Positions 59,234 to 64,000 of a stretch of 64,000 bases of DNA are shown here, one piece after another. The stretch's first letter is position 1, and each line of letters starts with the position of its first letter. The DNA comes from Candidatus Poribacteria bacterium (GTDB lineage Bacteria; Poribacteria; WGA-4E; WGA-3G), in assembly GCA_964291315.2 (NCBI GenBank), contig OZ219750.1:64001-128000 (forward strand). The letters are read 5' to 3'. The notes below the pieces were generated by a model. The model made no database searches, had not been told where the DNA came from, and saw only the letters and a list, made by a program, of their open reading frames with translations. The position numbers were made by a program, and so were the translations under genes.

Positions 59234-59884
59234 TTATCTACGGGCTTTGAGGTTTGCCCATGTTGTAGCGAGTTTATCCTGTGGTTCTACAGGGACTAAG
59301 GAGTCTGCTGGGATTGGGTCGCGTGGTCCTACTTCCGCTTCGTCCTCGGAGAGATTGTCGGTGATGAAGATGACATCTAGCATCGCGGCATCTTCGCGGA
59401 CGGCAATACGGAGTGTAGTTTCGCCTGCCTCCAATTCCCATTCTCGTTCGAATGTGCCGCCGTCTAACCAGTGGTTGATGCGGTCCCAGTGCCAGTCGCT
59501 GCTTTGGGCGACGCCCCATCGGAATTCAGTGTTTTGGGTCTCTTGAGCATCTTCGTCTGGATCAGCAGGTTGCCATGTGACCCAAAACGAATCACTGTTG
59601 CCATCGGCAGCAATGACTTTTCCCCAGAGAGCATAGGTGCCGGCTTGTGGGATAGGCAGGATATATTCTGCCCAGCCTTCGCCCCCGCCGCCGGTGGCTG
59701 GGGGGCCCTCCATCCATATAAATTGTCCGCCGGAGGCATCTGCGTTGTCGGCGATGACCATGGGAGCTTCGATGGCATCCGCTATTTCAGCCTCAATTGC
59801 CCGTTCATAGCTGTAGCTGGTGCTGCTTGTGATCAGTAGGCTGCACATGCAGAGGATGGCTAATACGAAAGTTGTGAAACGCAT
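59234..59884 (-). CDS. Secreted galactose-binding/CBM-like jellyroll protein with the C-terminal motif (paralog B)
   Basis: Highly similar to 58354-59028; ends VPVEPQDKLATTWANLKARR. Confidence 0.78.
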   Translation of the reverse strand: MRFTTFVLAILCMCSLLITSSTSYSYERAIEAEIADAIEAPMVIADNADASGGQFIWMEGPPATGGGGEGWAEYILPIPQAGTYALWGKVIAADGNSDSFWVTWQPADPDEDAQETQNTEFRWGVAQSSDWHWDRINHWLDGGTFEREWELEAGETTLRIAVREDAAMLDVIFITDNLSEDEAEVGPRDPIPADSLVPVEPQDKLATTWANLKARR

Positions 59885-59938
59885 AAAAGTATCTCCTTTT
59901 CTAGTGATGTACCAGTTGCACTGGTCGTTAGATATAAG

Positions 59939-60898
59939 TTATGGGGATCGGATGTTGCCCCATTGCTGAATCTGTAGCGTTAGTGTGTCTATGGGCAGCA
60001 CCTCTGGCGCTGGATGCCACTTCGGTTGTGCTGCCCAAGCCTCGTTGTTAATCAATTCACGGCGCCTGTCGCCATCGACATGTATGAGATGTATCACCCA
60101 TCTACCGTCTTGCTCAAATTGAAAAGCGATGGTGTTTCCATCGGGTGCCCATGCCGGAACGGCCTCATCTGTTGCCGTGTCGGTAAGTGCTTTTTTGTTC
60201 CCGCCGTCTGCTGCGTCCATGGTGTATAAATCAAAATCGGCAAACGCACCTTTTTGATTCATGGACGCATATACAATCTGTGTACCGTCCGGTGACCACG
60301 CTGGATAGGTATCCATCAACGGCTGATCTGTCAAGCGTTGTTCAACCCGGTTTCGGACATCGACGATATATATATCCCAATTGAGTTCCCGTTTTGAGTG
60401 GAATGCGATGGTGTTTCCGTCGGGTGCCCATGTGGGTGCCTCATCTTGAAACGGGTTGTCTGTAACGTGAGTTATCTCGTTGGTGTCGAGATGAAGCAGG
60501 TAGATGTTGAAATGCCCGTTGCGGTTTGATGTAAAAGCGAGTCGTTTCTCGTTGGGTGCCCATGCTGGTGCTTTGTCCGTTGCGGGATGCTGTGTGAGTC
60601 GTTGTTGCTCGCTGCCATCGGCTTGCATCAGATAAATTTCGTGATTCCCGTCTCGTCTTGAGAAAAACGCCATCTGCGTACCGTCAGGTGCCCAGGCGGG
60701 GTAGTAATCGGCTGCGGGATTCCGCGTCAGATTGACCGGGGGTTTCCCAAGGCTATCTGTCAGATAGATTTCCCAGTTACCGTTCACGTCTGAGGCGAAC
60801 GCGATTTTCGCTAGTGGCTGAAGTTGGCACCAAGCGCTCTGGATTAAAAGCACAAACATCCAGAAAAAACCATAGTGACATACTAACAGGATGCGCAT
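59939..60898 (-). CDS. Secreted TolB-like PD40 beta-propeller protein
   Basis: Repeated P[AT]W[AS]PDG..[IM]AF.S.R.G...IY; ends LPIDTLTLQIQQWGNIRSP. Confidence 0.85.
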   Translation of the reverse strand: MRILLVCHYGFFWMFVLLIQSAWCQLQPLAKIAFASDVNGNWEIYLTDSLGKPPVNLTRNPAADYYPAWAPDGTQMAFFSRRDGNHEIYLMQADGSEQQRLTQHPATDKAPAWAPNEKRLAFTSNRNGHFNIYLLHLDTNEITHVTDNPFQDEAPTWAPDGNTIAFHSKRELNWDIYIVDVRNRVEQRLTDQPLMDTYPAWSPDGTQIVYASMNQKGAFADFDLYTMDAADGGNKKALTDTATDEAVPAWAPDGNTIAFQFEQDGRWVIHLIHVDGDRRRELINNEAWAAQPKWHPAPEVLPIDTLTLQIQQWGNIRSP

Positions 60899-60926
60899 TT
60901 TTTCTCTATACTTTTTTTCTCCTATT

Positions 60927-61029
60927 GCAGAGACTAACGGTCTATGCTACAAGCACACTACAGATGCTGTTGCACAGGAAACCAACAGAATATACTACAA
61001 GACACAGACTAACAGTCTATGCTACAAGG
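60927..61029 (-). repeat. Cluster of three GTAG-type REP-like units (A-B-A)
   Basis: gcagagactaacggtctatgctacaag, gcacaggaaaccaacagaatatactacaag, acacagactaacagtctatgctacaag. Confidence 0.8.
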
Positions 61030-61055
61030 CAGTTGACAAGCTATCGTTCGAGGGG

Positions 61056-61086
61056 GTGCTGGCGACATTTTAAACCTCGCCAGCAC
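61056..61086. terminator. 10-bp inverted repeat downstream of the LamG gene
   Basis: GTGCTGGCGA-11nt-TCGCCAGCAC. Confidence 0.4.
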
Positions 61087-61116
61087 TAATAGCTCTCTTT
61101 TTTGCAATAAGCCGGG

Positions 61117-61902
61117 TTATCTGTTTGACTTAATGTTCGCCCAAGACGTGGTAAGTTTGCCTTGCGGTTCTACGGGGGTCAGAAATGATGCAGCGTCTTG
61201 GTTCATACTGGCTTTTATTTCGTCAGCCGAGAGGGCTCGGTTCCAAAGTCTTGCTTCGTCGACACTGCCTGTCCAAGCTTCACCGCCCCAGGTGCCGATT
61301 GTCACAGCGCTTGTATTTTCAGCAGGAGCGACCGGGTTGCCGGATTCTTCAGAGTGGGTTACCTCGCCGTTCACGTAAATCTCTACTAAGCCGTTGCTAT
61401 CATCTGTGTGGGTATAAGCGAGATAATACCATTTACCGGTTTCCAATTCTGTTGCGTTGTCGTTGATGTCTTTGAATCCGCCGGTTGCGCCGTTGGTCCA
61501 GACTTTAATGCCGTTTGCAGGATTTGTCCCGAATCCGAACCCGATGTGTCGAGTTGCCCCGCTCTGCCGGGTTCCGAAAATAACGGCGTGTGCATTGGGC
61601 AGTTCGTCCAGCTGGACCCATGCTGCTTGTGTAATCGCGCCTTCAATATGGAAGGCGGGATCGTCTTGAATAAGGACGTGGTCTGCGGCAGCTCCGAATT
61701 GGAGGGCTTTGCCGAATTGTCCATCGATCCATTTCGCGTCGCCCATCACTTCACCTTCAAAGCCGTTCTCGGATAAATCTTGCGTTGTGCTCCCGGAACC
61801 TTCGTCGAGAGGCATATATAGAACAAGCCCTTCCATTAAATCGGCGTGAGAGAACGCTGGAGCCAAAAATAGACAGAGCGTGATTATTAAAAAGAGTTTC
61901 AT
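61117..61902 (-). CDS. Secreted LamG-like jellyroll protein with the C-terminal motif
   Basis: GLVLYMPLDEGSG, GQFGKALQF, WYYLAYT, GSVDEARLWNRALS; ends TPVEPQGKLTTSWANIKSNR. Confidence 0.87.
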   Translation of the reverse strand: MKLFLIITLCLFLAPAFSHADLMEGLVLYMPLDEGSGSTTQDLSENGFEGEVMGDAKWIDGQFGKALQFGAAADHVLIQDDPAFHIEGAITQAAWVQLDELPNAHAVIFGTRQSGATRHIGFGFGTNPANGIKVWTNGATGGFKDINDNATELETGKWYYLAYTHTDDSNGLVEIYVNGEVTHSEESGNPVAPAENTSAVTIGTWGGEAWTGSVDEARLWNRALSADEIKASMNQDAASFLTPVEPQGKLTTSWANIKSNR

Positions 61903-62188
61903 GGGGTCTCCTTGACTAAAAAGTCAGAAATCTAAGGTTATGCTAGAATACTTAAGATATAGAGGACAGCAATTGCCCTCTCTTTTTTCGTTGCATTCTA
62001 ACAGGTTTGTATTTTTGTTTCAATAAAAAAATGTAGAAAAACAACAGGTTACATAAAACGTTTGAAAAATGAGTGGCGTTTGTGGTATTTTACACATCAG
62101 GGTTGGAGAAATAAGACTTTTGCTGCAGCCCATCAAGAGACGTTATTTTTTCTATATTTAACTTTAGCAAATAGGAGAACTGAAATAG

Positions 62189-63757
62189 ATGAACAATTTT
62201 TCACGTTTAAGTTTGCTTATACTAATGTGTGCAGGGTGTGGCTTGCTGTTTTTCGTGTTTCCTGCTGATCTACACGCCCAAAACGCTTCCCTAGAGTTTG
62301 TGCGCGACGCAGGAGCAGATAGGGTTTACGAGGTAGGGGATACCGTGGAAATAGTATTTATCGCCACATTGGGAGGTGTGCCTCAAGCTAACGTAGTCCT
62401 CAGAATTACAACTAACGGGATAGGGGATCTCCGTATTAGTAATGGCGGTAGGACGGATCTTTTGGGGCTAGTGAGAGTCACCGGTAAGATATTACTTAGC
62501 GATGCTTTTATTCAAGCTCATTGGATAGAGATAGGCAAGAGTGCCCGTGCTCACTTTATCACTGCGGAGGATAGCGTAAGCCCGGCCCTTATCGTCGTTA
62601 ACTCGCCTGATCCCAAAACCTCGCTAAAAATTGGGGATGCCTTCACACAGACGATTACGATCGAAAATAGGGCATCAAGATTTCCGACGCTGCCTTTATC
62701 GGCATGGCGCATGGACATCGTCTACAACCCAGAGATACTCCAAGTCGTTGAGGTCACAGAAGGCGATTTGCTAAAAAAGAACAAGGTGAATACCTACTAT
62801 GATGAGGGGTTATCGCGCGGTAAAGTCAGTGTCCTTCAGTCTCGCCCTGGCAATGCACGGGCCCCTGCTCCTGAAGGTATTGCTCTGGATCCCGGAGACA
62901 GAGGAACTTTGCTTACGATTGAATTTAAAGTGCTCGCGTTCGCAAAGGAGGCGTTAGGGATCCACAACGTCCAACTCTTGAGTTATTACATGGACAACGG
63001 GGAAAAGAAGCTTGAGCAGATGTCCTTCTCTATTCTGGTGAAAGATGTATTTGTCGCCACGCAGCGTATGCGGTATGCGAAAGAAGACGTTAACCAAGAC
63101 GAAAAGGTAAATGTTATCGATCTAATGGCGGTCGCTAGGAGCATGAGATCCCCCTCTGTCTCTAATGACACTCCGGCAGAAAACGTTGACTCGCGCGCCG
63201 ATGTCAACGGCGACGGTGCGGTGAATCTATTGGATCTCGTCCTAGTCTACACAAGTGATCTTTGGGGGAAAGCTGCCCCTGCGACAGTAGCAGAGTCAAG
63301 AGATGCCAATGAAGCATCCGCCTTTGCCCCTGCCGTGAGTTCTAATGTAGACCCCGCCATAATCCAGAGCTGGATCGACCTGGCACGCGTTCAAGATGAC
63401 GGCTCCGCTGTCTTCGATATCGGCATCGCGAAATTCGAAGCACTGCTCGCGGCCAGAAAGCCAAACGACACGAAGCTGCTGTTGAACTATCCGAATCCGT
63501 TCAATCCAGAAACCTGGATCCCGTATCAGCTGGCAGAAGCGACTAACGTAACAGTGACGATCCATGCGATGAACGGCTCCCTGATTAGAACGCTTGCATT
63601 GGGACATCAAACAGCTGGTGTGTACAAGAGCAAGAGTCGTGCAGCACATTGGGACGGCCACAACGAATTCGGTGAGCAGGTCGCCAGCGGGCTCTACTTC
63701 TATACGTTAACCGCCGGCGACTTCAGTGCGACCGGCAAAATGCTCGTTCGAAAGTAA
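62189..63757 (+). CDS. Secreted cohesin-like + dockerin-like protein with a T9SS-like C-terminal domain
   Basis: Signal peptide; cohesin-like DIVYNPEILQVVEVTEGDLL...GTLLTIEFKV; paired DVNQDEKVNVIDL / DVNGDGAVNLLDL; NYPNPFNPETWIPYQL...ASGLYFY...KMLVRK. Confidence 0.82.
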   Translation: MNNFSRLSLLILMCAGCGLLFFVFPADLHAQNASLEFVRDAGADRVYEVGDTVEIVFIATLGGVPQANVVLRITTNGIGDLRISNGGRTDLLGLVRVTGKILLSDAFIQAHWIEIGKSARAHFITAEDSVSPALIVVNSPDPKTSLKIGDAFTQTITIENRASRFPTLPLSAWRMDIVYNPEILQVVEVTEGDLLKKNKVNTYYDEGLSRGKVSVLQSRPGNARAPAPEGIALDPGDRGTLLTIEFKVLAFAKEALGIHNVQLLSYYMDNGEKKLEQMSFSILVKDVFVATQRMRYAKEDVNQDEKVNVIDLMAVARSMRSPSVSNDTPAENVDSRADVNGDGAVNLLDLVLVYTSDLWGKAAPATVAESRDANEASAFAPAVSSNVDPAIIQSWIDLARVQDDGSAVFDIGIAKFEALLAARKPNDTKLLLNYPNPFNPETWIPYQLAEATNVTVTIHAMNGSLIRTLALGHQTAGVYKSKSRAAHWDGHNEFGEQVASGLYFYTLTAGDFSATGKMLVRK

Positions 63758-63790
63758 GCTAGGTTGCTCAAGACCCGTTTCTATTAACCC

Positions 63791-63845
63791 AAAATCAGAC
63801 AATTGGCGTGTTTCTTAAGGAGATGCACCACTTGTCTGATTTTTT
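63791..63845 (+). terminator. Long imperfect hairpin, probable terminator
   Basis: AAAATCAGACAA...TTGTCTGATTTT outer stem with a G-U-rich inner stem, ending in a T run. Confidence 0.6.
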
Positions 63846-63868
63846 CGTTACCTTTTAGAAAATTTATG

Positions 63869-63897
63869 TTGCCCCAAACAGAAAAATTCTGTATAAT
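63869..63897 (+). promoter_or_regulatory. Sigma70-type promoter
   Basis: TTGCCC-17-TATAAT. Confidence 0.55.
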
Positions 63898-63929
63898 TGT
63901 TTTAGACGCTCAGCCAATAGAGGATTAAG

Positions 63930-64000
63930 ATGCTTAATGAAACCCAACGCAAAGCTAAAGAGGAAGCGAGGATGCTTTTGGGCGGTTTCAATGCCTCCGC
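63930..64000 (+). CDS. 5' end of a gene running off the window (MLNETQRKAKEEARMLLGGFNAS...)
   Basis: GAGG RBS, upstream promoter, frame open to the window end. Confidence 0.55.
   Translation, partial: MLNETQRKAKEEARMLLGGFNAS

Noticed and set aside
58580-59600. Diversity-generating retroelement TR/VR pair
   Set aside because: Both copies lie inside intact paralogous genes, differences are not adenine-specific, and no reverse transcriptase is present.
60927-61029. CRISPR array suggested by the repeated ...tatgctacaag units
   Set aside because: Only 2-3 degenerate units with irregular spacing, dispersed copies elsewhere and no cas genes; fits REP-like repeats better.

Overview
Bacterial chromosomal window, with almost all genes from 1 to 48 kb on the minus strand. 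The gene content (LamG and PD40 secreted proteins, a cohesin/dockerin protein with a YPNPFNP tail, PhyH, Gfo/Idh/MocA and enolase-family enzymes) resembles Candidatus Poribacteria; this is an inference, not a tested assignment. Housekeeping genes: argD, a Lol-like lipoprotein-ispE-tRNA-Gln-rplY-(amidase, GerMN)-pth block, nnr, nadA and an acyl-CoA ligase. Three dispersed methyltransferase/defence loci: hsdM followed by a >1000-aa TPR/GreAB-C-like gene missing from the ORF track, a single-chain type ISP/IIG-like RM enzyme, and a DUF1156 methyltransferase with a small GIY-YIG gene. Each has GTAG-type REP-like palindromes nearby. Leading candidates for undescribed systems: (1) a ~20-aa C-terminal motif (V-x-P-x-x-K-L-x-T-x-W-[GA]-x-[LI]-K) on five secreted proteins of three different folds, alongside three T9SS-like C-terminal-domain proteins and a PorV-like barrel; (2) an ABC ATPase + Ig-repeat protein with an MFP-like hairpin + TolC operon with no permease or classical adaptor. 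No CRISPR array, rRNA, integrase or transposase was seen. All calls come from reading motifs by eye; no searches were run.
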